DNA of 64,000 nucleotides from Heteronotia binoei (Eukaryota). This document shows positions 1 through 13,447 of the stretch, one piece after another. The DNA lies in the NCBI RefSeq assembly GCF_032191835.1, contig NC_083226.1, positions 108,562,001 to 108,626,000 on the forward strand. The letters are read 5' to 3'. The notes beneath the pieces are model-generated. The model was not told where the DNA came from. It saw only the letters and a list, made by a program, of their open reading frames with translations, and did no database searches. Both the position numbers and the translations under genes were made by a program. Numbering within the stretch: position 1 is the stretch's first letter; each line of letters begins with the position of its first letter.

Positions 1-1059
1 ATGTGGGGAGCTGTGTTACAGGTTATATAGACTACCTTGAGCCCTTAGGGGATGGGAGGCACAGGGGTGGATGACAGGTGGTCAGCTGGTACATGACCTC
101 AGAAAAGAGGAGGCTCTGCAGTGACCATAAGGGTTGGACTTCTGCAGTAGCCAATAGCAAGTTAATTGGTGGCACCTAATTGGGTGCCCATGACTGACCA
201 ATGAACAAGCCTGGTCCAGGGTTACCTGGTTGGACTTTCAGGTTGTAATGGACCAGGGTGAGGCTCCAAAATGGGGGGAAAAATGGGGGAAATTACTGGG
301 TGGAGGTGTGCTTGAGTTTATCAAACTTATCTAAAAAGGTGACAATAGATGGCCAAATTGCTACCTAAGGTAACACCCGGTTTACACAAAGGAACTTGCC
401 TCTGGCTGAAGATGGTCTTCCTCTTGTTCAGTCTTCTTCTTGGCACCAGTCTTTGACTTGAGTTCCGTTAGACAAAGGCTTAGGCGGTCTGGCAGGATCC
501 ACGCCTAAGATAAGCTTGATTGCTTTATGCAGAAGTTGAAGCAGCTGTTGGATGTAGAGTCAGGAAAACAAGATGGATTCTGGTGGTGTTAGCCTTTGGG
601 TCATGGAAACAGGCTGGAAACTGTTTGCCTGTACAGTTCATGGTGGCGTGGCTTCTTCCACTGCAGCGACCAAGACTGGGCATGCAAGGAGCAGCTGGAA
701 GCTCGTCTGTAGTTCTGGCTAACACCCATCCAGAGATGCAGGATGCTGCTGCAAAGCTGTGGCTTATCATATCCATATAAGCCTTAGAAACCGTGGGCAA
801 AGTCCATTTCTTAGAGCAGATGTGTGCGAGTCAAAACTCCAGGCACCCTGGCAACCATACTGATGATCACGATGTCCATGTGTATGAAAAGTAGGGGGCT
901 TTTTCTTACACAGGCCAGCCAAGGTCTGGTTTTCCTCTCCCTTGCCCAGGCTCCACCAACCGGGCAGACCCCAACAGAGGAGGGCAACGTGTGGCAACCA
1001 TGGCTGTCCTCAAGCAAAAGCCTGGTGGAACAGCTCTGCTTTACAGGCCCTGTGGAACT

Positions 1060-1230
1060 ATAAAAAATCCCGCAGGGCCCTGGTGTCTTTTGGGAGAGTG
1101 TTCCATCAGGTTGGGGTCAGGACTGAAAAAGTCCTGGCCCTTGTTGAGGACAGTCAGGCCTCTTTAGGGCCAGGGATCACCAGAAGATTGCTGCATTTAG
1201 TGGAGATCACCAGGCATATGCTGCATTTAA
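1060..1230 (-). mobile_element. L2-clade LINE 3' fragment
   Basis: Reverse strand resembles the RA-FS-x-AP-x-x-WN-x-LP tail of squamate L2 ORF2; similar to copies at 5990, 6560, 57230 and 58570. Boundaries approximate. Confidence 0.6.
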
Positions 1231-4200
1231 CGGAAAATGTCCTGTCTATCACTGGTCAGACCAAATAGCTATGTTTAATATTGCAACCCTATGTTACTAT
1301 CACTGCTTTCTGTTGTAATAAATCCATTATGTTCATTGAAAATACATCTCTTTTAAATGCACTTACAAAAATACTGAACAATGACATATTGAGGAGACTT
1401 GAAATAATTTTAACAAAATTGGTCAATTAGGTATTGTCTCCATAAAGGCTGGAAAGATTTCTCTGAAATGACCCCAAATTCTTTAGACCATTCTAATGAA
1501 AAAGAAAAGCAGCTGTAGTGTATGCTTGAATCTTTGCCAGAAGTAATAGTTTAAATATTTTACCCTGTTACCCATGGCAAAGGACGCATTCAACATTTGC
1601 AAATAATTCACTTATTTATTATAGTAGTTTTGATGTTGCAGGCCATTTCAGTTAAGTGAGCACCTAATAAAGTCATTGTTCCCACCAAGAGAAATAAATG
1701 AAGATAAGTTTAGGAATGCTCACTCATTGTTCATTCAGCAAAAACCTTTTAATTCAAGCTAAATTTTAAAATATGCTCTTTTAGATTCTTGTTGAGGTAT
1801 AGCAGTGGTATTTCAGTCTAAGGCACTAAGCTTTAAGAACACAAACATTTGAGGAAATATCATATTTAACAGTGGCTCCAGTTGGAGGAATTATACCAGA
1901 AAAGCATCTGTTGTTTACAAAGTTACGGAAAACGCTAATGTTGTATTTATGCACAGATGAACAAAATGCAGTTTTCTAGTGCCTCTCTGCTACCACCTGT
2001 CAGCAATGAAATTATTTTAGTGGGTAGGATATCCTTTGCCATTTGTGCCTATAGAAAAGACCCAAGATTATGAACAATAGTTCATCCCATGTTATTCTAG
2101 TACTTCTGAAGTTAGCAATGAAACTTCTTTTTACCCTTCTTTCCTCCAACTACTAACTCTTTCTATCATATATATCCTTCAGCTCTTTTTTTAAAAACCT
2201 GTCATCTATTTTTAAAGACTGCTGAGACTATGATTGTTTTGTATTATTAAAATATGTTTATCTTTTTCCTTTAACAAATATCTGTAGTGAAACAGACCAA
2301 TAAATGCATTGTTTGGGGGAGAAACATTGTGGCCTACTGTTGTTGCTGAGAGGTGCTGCCTGGTTGTGGAAGCACCCCAATATTAAATGGGGTCCCCATG
2401 ATTTTTACCTAAACTAGAGATCCTGCCAGAAAAACAGGCTCAGTGAGAACACTATCTGCTTGAGCCTAAAACCTTGCCAACGCTTTCCAAAAAGGTTGCA
2501 AAAACAGCATCTCCTGACTCCTCCCCCCCATCCTGCAATGGAATGTCTGAAACAATGGATTCCCCCAGGTAAATATCCCAATTTCTAAAGGTGTCTGGCA
2601 ACATCCGTCTAAACCTCTCCTGATTCCAATACCCCTTCCTGGCACATATTGTGTTGTCCTATGCTAATGTGCAAACCCCTTACACAAACCCTCTTTCCTT
2701 CCTGCCTACTCCCCAGAGTAACAAAGTAAAATTAGTTTCAACATTAAAACCATCATGGCTCTTCCTGACATCCATCAGGAACCATTTTCATCTTTTGTCT
2801 CAAACTGGGATCCCACTCAAGGTACCCAGGAAAATCCACCAATGATTGTTAACTCAATCTTTTTCCAGAAGGAGGGACCACTCCTCCAAAACAGTATAAA
2901 ACATGAGATTAAACTTGGCTCCATTGTGCAATCTGTGGGCACTTAGGCAAGTTGTACCTCTATTACTCTTAGTAATGGGCCTGTTTGCCCACCTACCCCT
3001 CGAATGAAACATTACACAAGTTATGGGTTAAACTGGGAATTTTATCTACACATAAGCTGATCTGCACCATTACATACATCTTAAAGCACAGGTTGCATTG
3101 AAATCCCCTTAGAAACAAAGGGGCCTGATTCTTCTTCTTTTTTTCCCAAGATCAACACTTCTTTTACTGAGATGAAAACTGGTAAAGATTGTTGTACAGA
3201 AGCAGTGGGGCTCTTCCAGACTCCTGATTCTTCTATGCAAAAATTCTCTGGATTCAAACATGAGACTTTCAAATCCTCAACTTTTATTGAATTGATCCTT
3301 ATGACAATAAAAACTGCATATGGGTGCTAGTGAATGAATATATGGGATGTGTAGGGAAGTAGCACAGAAAACGTTGTATATGTATATGTCATCAAGTCAC
3401 TTTTGGTGATCCCAGAAAGGGGCTTTCAAGGCAAGTGAAAAGCTGATGTACTTTGTCATTGCCTTTTCCTGCAGAGTTTTCCTTGGTAATCCCACACCCG
3501 AGCTCCAACTCAGTCTAGTTTCCAAAATCTGATAAGATTTAGTTATAACATACCATCCCACATCTCCTAAAACTGTGTACAGTTGTGTTATACTCTGTGG
3601 AATGCTACTGAACTGTATTTATGCAAATTCAATTTGTTTTCCAGTAGAATTGTGGGATGGATAAAATGGGATGAACGCACAGATACTTGTCCTAAACTCC
3701 TTGGCAGCAAAGTAGGATGCAAATGTGATTAGTTATCATTATCATCTGCTTATGACAAGCACAAACAAGCTTATACCTCCACTGTAAAATGAGAACAAAC
3801 AAAAGAGTTTCAAAAGACAATTGTCCCATTTTGAAAGTTGTTAGTGTAAGGAGGTACCCTTACACAAGAGCAATAATACAAAATATTTTTTAAAAAGAAA
3901 AAGACTGAATAGCTTTATTTTCTGCATTTCATTTCATGTTTTCATTTTCATTTTATTCGATTTATATCCCGCCCTCCGCACTGAAGCGGATCAGGGCGGC
4001 ACACAAAAAAGTTCCTTAATTTTCTGTGTGCACACAAAAAAGTTCCTTAATTCTAGGGAAAATATTAAATTGGATAGTTTTCTCTTGATATCAGTTTCTT
4101 GTAGAAGACACACCATTGAGCAGCACAATAGTTGCCCAATTACACATTTTACTGTACACTGCACACTTTTGTGGCCTCCTATAATAAGTATTGCCCAAGA

Positions 4201-5904
4201 GATTAGTTCCATCCTCTTGAAACAGAATCTGTAGCTAAATGAAGCCTACTTTGCTCTATTTGTTTTTACAAAGCTCTCTAGCTTCAGGCCACCATCAGGC
4301 ATTCTGAAACTGGAGAAAGCCTGTGTATCCAATAAAAGCAATTAACACATTCATTTATGGAGAAAAATCAGGAGTGGGGATTGGACCAAAACCAAAGCCT
4401 CGAGCTTCCCATGAATGTTCTGTTTTTGATCTAGATGATCTTCCTTCTCATGTGCTTGTTCCAGTAAAGATCACAATCACAGCGTACGAAAGCAGCAATT
4501 CTCCATTAAGAGGCAAGTTACACACCAGCTACTAGAGAATGGCAGAAATCACAGAGTGTTACATGTAACTTTTTATGTATAGGGATTCTTAAAATGAAGA
4601 CTAATAAACCTTACTTTTACTATCAGTATGGCAAGTTAAGGAACTGAGGGGCTGAGGTGAAACTCTCAGAAAGGTTCAGGAGCTGCATGCCTGTGAGCTC
4701 CCACTGAATCTGAGGTCTGGCCATTATTAAATAGCTTTCTGGACCATTGATTCTGATGAAACAAGTTTAAGCCTAGCTATAACGTCCATTGAAATAATGG
4801 TTTAGATTGTGATGATAGAATCATGCTCTGTCCTATGTGCCAGCAAGAAGAAATGTTAACTTGCTGGAGGAAGAAATCACCCGAAGCCCTCTGATTTTGT
4901 CTTTGAGGCATCATTCTTTTTAAGGTGCTATTTCTTCTACTGCTTTTCTGCTTGGCATAATCTACAACTATAATGATTTCTTATAAACAAGGTATATGTT
5001 GACTTGTGTAACAGTGTCATGACACCTGTTCTTAAAAAGAAATGCAAACAATGGGAAGGGAATTTAAAATAGAAAAGCAGTGGAAAGGATGACTAACAAT
5101 CTATTTTTATTTTCTTACTTGCCTACTGAGATTGCCCATTGTCCTACCCTATGAAGCACAAGAGGAATTTTGAGTAGTAAAATGGCAGATAGACAAAAGG
5201 TTACAAGTCGCTAGTGTTCTGTTTTAAGTTCCACCTTTCCAAAGCTGCAGCCCACTTTACAGAAAGGCACTTAGAGCAGTGCTATGGATATAAGACTATG
5301 TGGCTTTTTCAATTCAAATTCTAAAGTACTGAAGGATCCATTTCAGATTAACTGTTCTTGAAAAGCCACTAAGAAACAAGATCTGCTCTTTAATGAAGTA
5401 ATATAGAGGTGACAGCAGATTTTTTTTAATACCATCACTTAGCCAAAGAATCTTAATCTTTTTTGAGACTATATATAAAGAATTCAATAGATGTAGACTC
5501 TCTTTGTAATACTATTTCAGAGAAACCAGATTTCTGTTCTGGTCTTTTTATTCAGAGAAATACCCGTATTTATTAAAAACAACATTGCGGATGTTAGATT
5601 TAAATTGTACTAAAATGAGCCTTGCTGTGTAACACATACTAATTCTTATGTTACAGTAAATGCATATACAATTGAATGTCTGAAACACTACATTTATCTA
5701 GATATTAGTCCCCAGTTTCATTTGTAAAGTAATTGCCCATTAGTTCTCCCTTACAAACAGACAAATATACATACAGGTAGAATGTACATGCATTCACTGC
5801 AACATGTTAATGAGGCTACTGTTTATTCAGGTTATTGCCACCACTTGAAGTTTTTGTTCCTTTATAACAAAAGCACCTTCAATGTCATATTGGAAGGTAT
5901 TAAT

Positions 5905-5990
5905 TGACTAAATAATTAGCTAATTATTTAAGTAATTAGCTAATTATTAATTAATTAATTGATTGATTGATTGATTGATTGATTAATTAG
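5905..5990. repeat. (TAAT)n/(TTGA)n simple repeat
   Basis: Directly visible tandem tetramers. Confidence 0.85.
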
Positions 5991-6330
5991 GGTCAGGGCT
6001 TTTTCAGTACTGGCCCCGACCTGGTGAAATCAGCTCCCTATTGAGATCCGGGCCCTACCTGGCTTATTAGCCTTCTGTAGGCCTGTAAAATGGAGTTGTT
6101 CTGCCAGGTTTTTAGCTGAGGCTGTGGGCGTCTATTCTTGATCAGGTTGGCCTCCCCAGCCAGTACTGTCATCTGTGCTAGGAAACGGAATAAAAACTGC
6201 CATCTCTGTGAAATACCATGATGTGAGACGGCTAGGCTGGGCAATATGTGATGACATGGTAATCTGAGTGTTGTTGTCTGCTTATAGAATGTTTTTATTG
6301 TATTTTATTGTTTTATCATATGTTGTACTC
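5990..6330 (+). mobile_element. L2-clade LINE 3' end
   Basis: AGGGCTTTTTCAGTACTGGCCCCGACCTGGTG... followed by an AT-rich tail; boundaries approximate. Confidence 0.6.
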
Positions 6331-6559
6331 CACCCTGAGCCCTATGGGGAATGGGCAGAATAGAAATATACTAAAATAAATAAAATAGATAATTTGGGGA
6401 GGGAGATGGTTTTTAATTAATTAGCAGGATAGAACCTTTAGTAGTAGGAAATAGTTTTAGTAGACTTTGGGAGATATTAATAGATAGAGCATTAGGTTGA
6501 CCAGGTGGGCTTGGAGCAAGACAAATATTGAGATAATACTAAAAGCGATCTGAGGCTCA

Positions 6560-7110
6560 GTAAGATTAGAGAGAGATGTCTGGTCAGGGGATTCCAGTGC
6601 TCTATATGATCAAGGGCCTATCCTTCTTCGGGACCGCCTTTTTCTGCATGTTCCCCAGAGATCACTGCATTCAGAGACGGAACATCTATTGACCATCCTC
6701 GGACCAAGGGAGGCCAGGCTGTGCTCTACACGGTCCAGGGCCTTCTCAGTGACAGCACCTGAAATATAGAATGCACTTCCAGAGGCCATAAGGGTCCTGT
6801 GGAACCTCTCTCATTTCCACAGGGCCTGCAAAACCAAGTTATTTCGACAGGCCTTTGGCACCTAATCTGGGAGAGGACTGCCACCTTATACTACTGAGAA
6901 ATTGGAAACACTACGGGTTCACTGTTAGTAAAGGACGATCCCGCCTAGGTTGTTGCTTAACAGCACCATAAAATGTTTTAAAATGTTTGAACTGTATTTA
7001 CTGTTTGAAGCGTTGAAGCTCTGAATTGTTTAATTGTATCTATTTGAAGTTTTGAACTGAGTCTGCTTGTGGAGAGGGTGAGATATAAATGAAAGGTAAG
7101 AATAATAATA
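6560..7110 (+). mobile_element. L2-clade LINE 3' fragment(s)
   Basis: Degenerate ORF2 C-terminal coding (CCAGGGCCTTCTCAGTG...) plus a 3' tail; boundaries approximate. Confidence 0.55.
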
Positions 7111-7969
7111 AAAATAATAATTAATATTATTACAGTTGATCTAGACATAGGGATTTTTAAAGACACTGATTTATTAAGATTTAAATAACATAACCAACTA
7201 CAGAACACAAGGAAAAATGCAACAGCCTGTGAAAAATTTTTTACATACAGTAATATTGCAGTTTATTTCTGCTTGTCTCCACCATGTGCACTTTCCTTGG
7301 CTGATCTAGTATCTACACCAGGGGTATGCAAAAACCAAAAACCAAAAAAAAACCCAACATGTTTTTGTTGTTGTTGTTGTTGTTCAGATATATTGAACCT
7401 GAAGAAAAAAAAAAAAGGTATTTCCCAGTGTTCCCAATCCCAATCCCGGTATGGTATTTGTATTTGGGAAACCCAAATTATTTCTGCCCCATTTTACCCT
7501 ATGGGAACTATAGTCACTTTAAATGCCTTTTCCAAGCCACATTGCTGCCACCACAGAGCAACTCGAAGAGTGCACTCAGAAGGTATTTAAAGAGGACTTT
7601 GGTCTCTTTAAATGGCTTCCTATAGCTCAGCCCAAATAAAAGCCAAATAATATCGACTTTTTTTCAGGCTCAGCTATATTGGTAGTGGAAAAGGTTTTTT
7701 TGAGGTTTTTTTCCAGGTAAACTAAATGTACACCCCAATCTACCCCTCTCTATGGCTTATTTTCTTCAACTCTGTCTTTGCCTGCTGATTCTGACTAGTG
7801 CTAATAGATTTTCACACTCTTTTCAACCTTAGAATTTTTATACTTCTACCAATCAAAGGCAAATCAAGCAGTGACTAATCATCTTTCAGTTCCAATCTCC
7901 TTTTTCTAAACTCTCTCAATGATCACCCCCCCCCCTTTTGTTAATTAACTAAAGCCCTTATTTTGGCAC

Positions 7970-8278
7970 AGGAAAGGAAAAAAGGAAAGGTCCCCTGCGC
8001 AAGCACCAGTCATTTCCGACTATGGGGTGACATTGCTTTCACAATGTTTTCACAGCAGACTTTTTACGGGGTGGTTTGCCATTGCCTTCCTCAGTCTTTT
8101 ACACTTTCCCACCAGCAAGCTGGGTACTCATTTTACTGGCTTTAGAAGGATGGAAGGCTGAGTCAACCTTGGGCCAGCTACCTGAATCCAGCTTCCGCCG
8201 GAATCTAACTCAGGTTATGAGCAGAGAGTTCAGACCACAGTACTGCAGTACTGCTGCTTTACCACTCTGCACAAGGTG
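7970..8278 (-). mobile_element. Sauria-type SINE
   Basis: Near-identical to 33750-34039. tRNA-like head on minus (GTGGTAAAGCAGCAGTACTGCAGT) and a (CCTTT)n-type tail. Confidence 0.85.
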
Positions 8279-8822
8279 TACCTAAATTAGGGGTTTCCAA
8301 CCTTTTTCAGCCTGTGAGCACTTTTGGAATTCTGATTAAGGGCAATGAGCACAATTGAAAAATGGCTGTCGCAGGAGGTGGAGTCAACCATAAAATGTCA
8401 AGTATTGAGGTTATGTACAACTCTAACAGCAACATTTTCAACATTTCAGACAGAAACATTTCAGCCCCAATTACCCCACTGCTTTCTAAAATTATTTGGT
8501 GGGCACCAGGAAAGGTGTTGGCAGGTGCTATGGTGCCCAGAGGCATTGCCTTGAGGACCCCTGACCTAAATGAAGCTTCCCTTTGTTTTCAGTGAAACAG
8601 AACTCAATCTTCTCAAAAGTAAGTTCCACTAAGAACATAACTAGACAAAACACTGTAGATCTGTAATTGGATTTCTTTAAACATCTTCTATACACAGTAG
8701 CCACAGAGAAGCTGATTTTGATTGTGGTGCTGGGAAAGGGAATGAGGTTAACTTTCTAATACCCAATTCCTACAGTGAATAGGCTCCCTGGAGGTGCTGT
8801 TCATCATGACAGAGAAACTCTT

Positions 8823-10810
8823 ATGCTTGCAGACTGCAGCATAGCTGCTAGGCTGCATGAGCAGAGTTTGCTTCCCTGGATGGGAAGAGTCAGGGGGCGC
8901 CCGTTTCAGCGCGCAGAGAAAAAGGCTCCTCGTTGGCTCCTTCGTCTTGGCAGACGATCGGCTGAGGCTCTTCTTTTGTTTTTGGTTGGATGTCGGGGTT
9001 TGTTGGGGCAGTTGACTGGGCAGCGGTGGGTGAAGCATTGGCTGGAGCATCGGCGTCGGCTGGAGCATCGGCTGCAGTGCTGCGGGCTGGCGGCGGTGGC
9101 ATCAGAGGTGGTGGAGGACGTGGCATTGTCCTTCTTGTTGGCTGAGTCTGCCTAGGGTTTGGGGTCTGCTGGGGCAGGGGTTGTGGAGCCCAGGGGTTGG
9201 TCTTTCACCTTTTAATTTTTGAGGGTGTGGGCCTGTGGGGCAACCTGGTTTTTTATTATTGTCCTTGAGGTTGGCAGGTGACCATTTTGGAGAGCCTCCC
9301 CCTCCCACCCATTTTTCTCCTACTGGGGACATTGGTGTGCAGCAGAGGCTTTTGTGGCCATTTTGAGTTCCCTTTCTTCTTCCAGGGGGAAGCCATTTTA
9401 GAGTGGAGCTGCAAGAGGCCATTTTGAGGTCTTGTGCTTGCTATTTAGATTGCTGGTGGAAAAGGGTCGGGCAAGCCCAAAGGAAAAAAGCCAATGCCTA
9501 AGGCACCCAAGGCTCCTGCGAAAAGACCACCACCGCCGTTATCCTCTTCTGATGAGGAGGGTGGTATGGTGGTTGATTCCAATATTGCTTGTAGATTGAG
9601 AGCATTGGAACAGGCAGCGGGCATCCTTTCTCCAGGTGGGGAGGATGGTGTGAGGCAATCTAAGAAGGGTAAACAGGCGAGTATTCTCACCAGGCTGTCT
9701 ATTCTTGAGGGCAGGTCTGGTGGAGTCATGCCCGGCAGGGACGCTGGCCTTTGCGGTCTGGAGGTGGCTTTGATGGCGGCTGGAGCATCTGGGGTTGGTT
9801 TGCCATTGGTTCCTGCTGGATTCGAAGGTATGTCGGGTGATAATTTACAGGCAGGGCCTGGACAGGTTTGACCATGGGGAGCATGGGGGCCTGCTTCAGC
9901 GGCCGGGCAGGGCGCTTCCATGTCAAGCACGGGGGCACCTGCCTCCTCTGCATTGGGCGCGTTTCAGAATTGGGTTTGGCCATATGGGCAAGGCATTTCT
10001 AGTGTGTACCCGGGCGCAGGGCATCCTGGCACGGCTGGTTCCTTTATGGGGGCACCCTCAACATATGGGATGGTGCCTTTTGCTGCTTTGCCATTTGGTG
10101 AGGTTGCCTTGCCGCTGGGGGACCACTTGCTTCCCGTTACTAGGGAAAAAATATTAAAAGGGGAGTACGTGGATATTTTTTCTCTTCTCTTTTGGGAGGT
10201 TGAGAAAAAAGACAAGGAAGAATTGGATGAGAAAGAGAAGGAAAAATGGAAAAAACGGAAGGTGGACAGGACCTGGGCTAATTGGGTTCCTGGGTTCTGT
10301 ATTTATGCCGGGGTGATTGCGAGGGCACAGCCGTGGCGAGCAGCATCCCTGTTCCAGTATTTGGACATAATTTATAAAGGCTATACAGCCTTTAGTGGAC
10401 CAGCCTGGTTACAATATGACCAGGAATTTAGGATGAGGGCTGCCCTGTATCCGTCCCTTCAGTGGGATCTGATCCATCAGCAGCTTTGGCTGCAGGTTAT
10501 GTCCCCAGCTAGGCCTAATCTGGGTGATCGCTCTGATAGTGGTCTATTGGTGAGTAGGTCATTCACATCCGCTGCTGGTTCATCGGGCTCTCCCTGCGGT
10601 GCAGCGGGGCATGCGGTTCAACCCCGCATGCTCTGCTGGGAATTTGGATCCCTTGGGGTATGTAATAAAAAGACGTGCCAGTTCAAGCACAAGTGCCCCA
10701 GGTGTGGTGGTTCCCACTCATTTGACAACTGCCCTAGAGCCCGTGGGCGTAAAAATATGAAGAAGCCTGGTGGGAGCGGAAGAGCCTTTCCAGCTAAGAA
10801 AGGGGCCCAG
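8823..10810 (+). mobile_element. Ngaro/DIRS-type YR retrotransposon, 3'-truncated (leader + ORF1/gag only)
   Basis: ORFs 9494-9871 and 9920-10924 are homologous to gag of the element at 13448-14950 (GEYVDIFSLL, WxxYDxEFR, CWEF..C...C.FKHKCP.CGG.H). Homology stops near 10810. The 5' start ATGCTTGCAG is shared with 57618. Confidence 0.85.
9920..10810 (+). pseudogene. Ngaro gag-like ORF1 core with C-terminal CCCH/CCHC zinc fingers
   Basis: 334-aa ORF; its last ~35 codons run into unrelated flanking DNA. Confidence 0.8.
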
Positions 10811-11414
10811 TGCACAAGCATGAAGTTCCGATTTTTTCTTTTTAAAAAAAATCCAAACATAGACAGCAAAAAAATTGCTTTTGCTAGAGATTTTGGAACA
10901 TTGACTAATGTTAGCCCTGTTTAATTGTGTTTGACAACTCAGATCTTAGTTTAGAACTATGTATGGATTATATAACGAATTTACATTAAAACTGCAGCAC
11001 ATAATTAATCACCCAACTTGCCCAGCATAATGTTTGGCAACTGGCCAGGATTTTAGGTAGGGGTTAAAGCAGGAAATGGGGGCTAGAAATTCCACCTTTC
11101 AGTGCTGTAACAATCCAATTAGATTGAGTATTAGCACATTTCTGAACTGTTTCAAAAGAAAACATGGAGGATTGGGTAGCAGTCAGGTCTCCATTTCATG
11201 TTGTTTTTGGAGCTTGATTAGACCTGATCTAAATTCAAAGTGGACATATACCACCAAACCAAATAGGTTTCTTTTTAACATTTCACCATTGCATTATAGC
11301 TACAGCATATAAAATGTTATTTTGTGTCATGTTATATGATGCAAAATAATTGGCTACCAACAGTACAAAGTTAAACAGAGTTGTTACCCTTCTTTGTCCA
11401 TTCAAGTCAAGTCA

Positions 11415-11615
11415 TTGTGTGTAGAACAGACTTGGAATCCAAAAGCACCTTAGAGACAAACAAAATTTTCCATGGTATAAGCTTTTGTGAGTCAAAGCTC
11501 ACTTTGACACTTCTGACAAAGTGAACTTTGACTCATGTAGGTTTATACTGTGGAAAATTCTGTTCATTTATATAGTGCTATTGGACTCAAATTTTGATTT
11601 GCTATTACAGTCTAA
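11415..11615. mobile_element. Palindromic Penelope-derived non-autonomous element (inverted pLTR-like arms)
   Basis: Arms 11462-11505 and 11518-11559 are reverse complements (about 35/44) and extend outwards. They contain decayed CTGA..GTGAG..CTCAC..GAAA-type motifs. A related fragment lies at 54500-54640. Confidence 0.6.
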
Positions 11616-12235
11616 AATGCCTACCTAACTGAAATTGGGTTTAGAAGAATTTAACACTGCTTAGAATGGCAATGTAAATACAGGAAGACCACCGATAAAT
11701 ATGTTAAAAATAAAACAAAATAAAACAAGCACACCTGAACAGAATTGACTGTATTTAAAGCACTACCGGGAAATGTCTTTTTCTTGTATAACAAAAACTG
11801 TTAGACGAGAAACTACAAAAATATAATGGTTCATAGTTGAAAGGTAAGCCAACAGTTCATTCCACTGCAACAATGCAGCTCAAATTCTGTGCAAGGTTAT
11901 GGGGCACATCCTAGTTCTACCTGCTACTAGTATTGTACTATGAACAGAAACTCACTTCTTTCTTCTTGCCTTGTTAAAATGCAGTCAGGCTTCAGCTACT
12001 GTTATTAGCTCCAAAAACTAGGCCTCATTGTTTGGCAAACACAAAAGTTGAGGTTTGCCATTTCCTGCATTTGAAATATCCCTTAGGTCTTTGCACAAGA
12101 TGATTCTATGCTGCCAAGAATCAAATGCTGTCTGTGCAATCCAATATTATAAAGTTCCTATAAAATGTAATAGTTAAAGTTTTTAACATTAAGCTACAAA
12201 GAAAATGTACACTCAGCAGGCCTAGGACTGTCCAT

Positions 12236-13107
12236 TGTATAAAAAGCAGACACTCTTATTTTTAGATATCAATGTCACATTGCTAATGGGAGTTAGTAAT
12301 GGTAGCACTTGCTATTTATCCCCCATAGCCTCACCTCCCCAAGTGCTTTTCCCCAGCTAATCCGGCCCCTTCCCGCCCACGCCGCCACTCGGCGGTATAG
12401 GGCAGGGGCCGCATTTGCCTCCCTGGATGGAGCCAAGGCAAACGGACCTCTGCCCATCCGGGTATATTTGGGGGCATGGACTGGGGCTTTATTAGCCCAG
12501 CCACGCCTCCTATTGTGCAGTCCTCAGGCACTTTCGGACTGAACGGGAGTGTGTTCAGTCGCTCCGGTTGTGTGGCCTTGGTTTACAGCGGCGGCAGTCT
12601 TTGCTGTGCGGTGTCGAAGTGGAGGAGCGTGCCTTCGTCGGTTTTTCCTCCCTCTCATTTGTGCAGCAGACACTCTTATTTTTTGTATAAAAAACAGACA
12701 CTCTTATTTTTAGATATCAGTGTCACATTGCTAATGGGAGCTAGTAATGGTAGCACTTGCTATTTATCCCCCATAGCCTCACCTCCCCAAGTACTTTTCC
12801 CCAGCTAATCCAGCCCCTTACCGCCCATGCTGCCGCTCGGCGGTATAGGGCAGGGGCCGTGTTTGCCTCCCCGGATGGAGCCAAGGCAAACGGACCTCTG
12901 CCCATCCGGGTATGTTTGGGGGCATGGACTGGGGCCTTATTAGCCAAGCCACGCCTCCTGTTGCGCAGTTCTCGGGCACTTTTGGACTGAACGAGAGTGT
13001 GTTCAGTCGCTCCGGTTGTGTGGCCTTGGTTTACAGCGGCGGCGGTCTTTGCTGTGCGGTGTCAGAGCAGAGGAGCGTGCCTTCATCGGCTTTCCCTCCC
13101 TCTCATT
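12236..13107 (+). repeat. Tandem duplication, 448-bp period, spanning the flank/Ngaro 5' junction
   Basis: 12236-12659 vs 12684-13107, about 30 substitutions by eye (~7%). Confidence 0.95.
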
Positions 13108-13447
13108 CATGAAGTGCCTGAGGCCGTTGACAGGCTGCACATTGGCGCAGCATCAGGTTCGCCACCCCCCCCCCCTTTCTCAGTTTGCGTGGCTTTGGGG
13201 CTGGGCTGTGATTTGGGGGCAAGGCAGGGGTCGGGGTTACTGATACCCCTCTCACCACCACACCCCACTCCCCTCTCCCATCAGTAGAGTTCTAGGGATT
13301 CGGGGTAGGACCTTTTCGTGGTAAAGCAGCAGTACTGCAGTACTATGGGCTGAACGTTCTTGTTTTCTCCCCCCCGCCGCCCGTCAAAGTTAGAGCTCTC
13401 CTTCCTCCCACTCTTGGTAGTGTTTCTAGGGTGTTCCAGGCAGACCC

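Noticed and set aside
360-1060. Host exon or viral gene among the short ORFs at the window start
   Set aside because: No recognisable motif in any of the frames examined and no convincing splice pair.
4323-4535. Possible receptor-like exon (minus LLLSYAVIVIF...)
   Set aside because: Interrupted by stops, with only a superficial resemblance to GPCR motifs.
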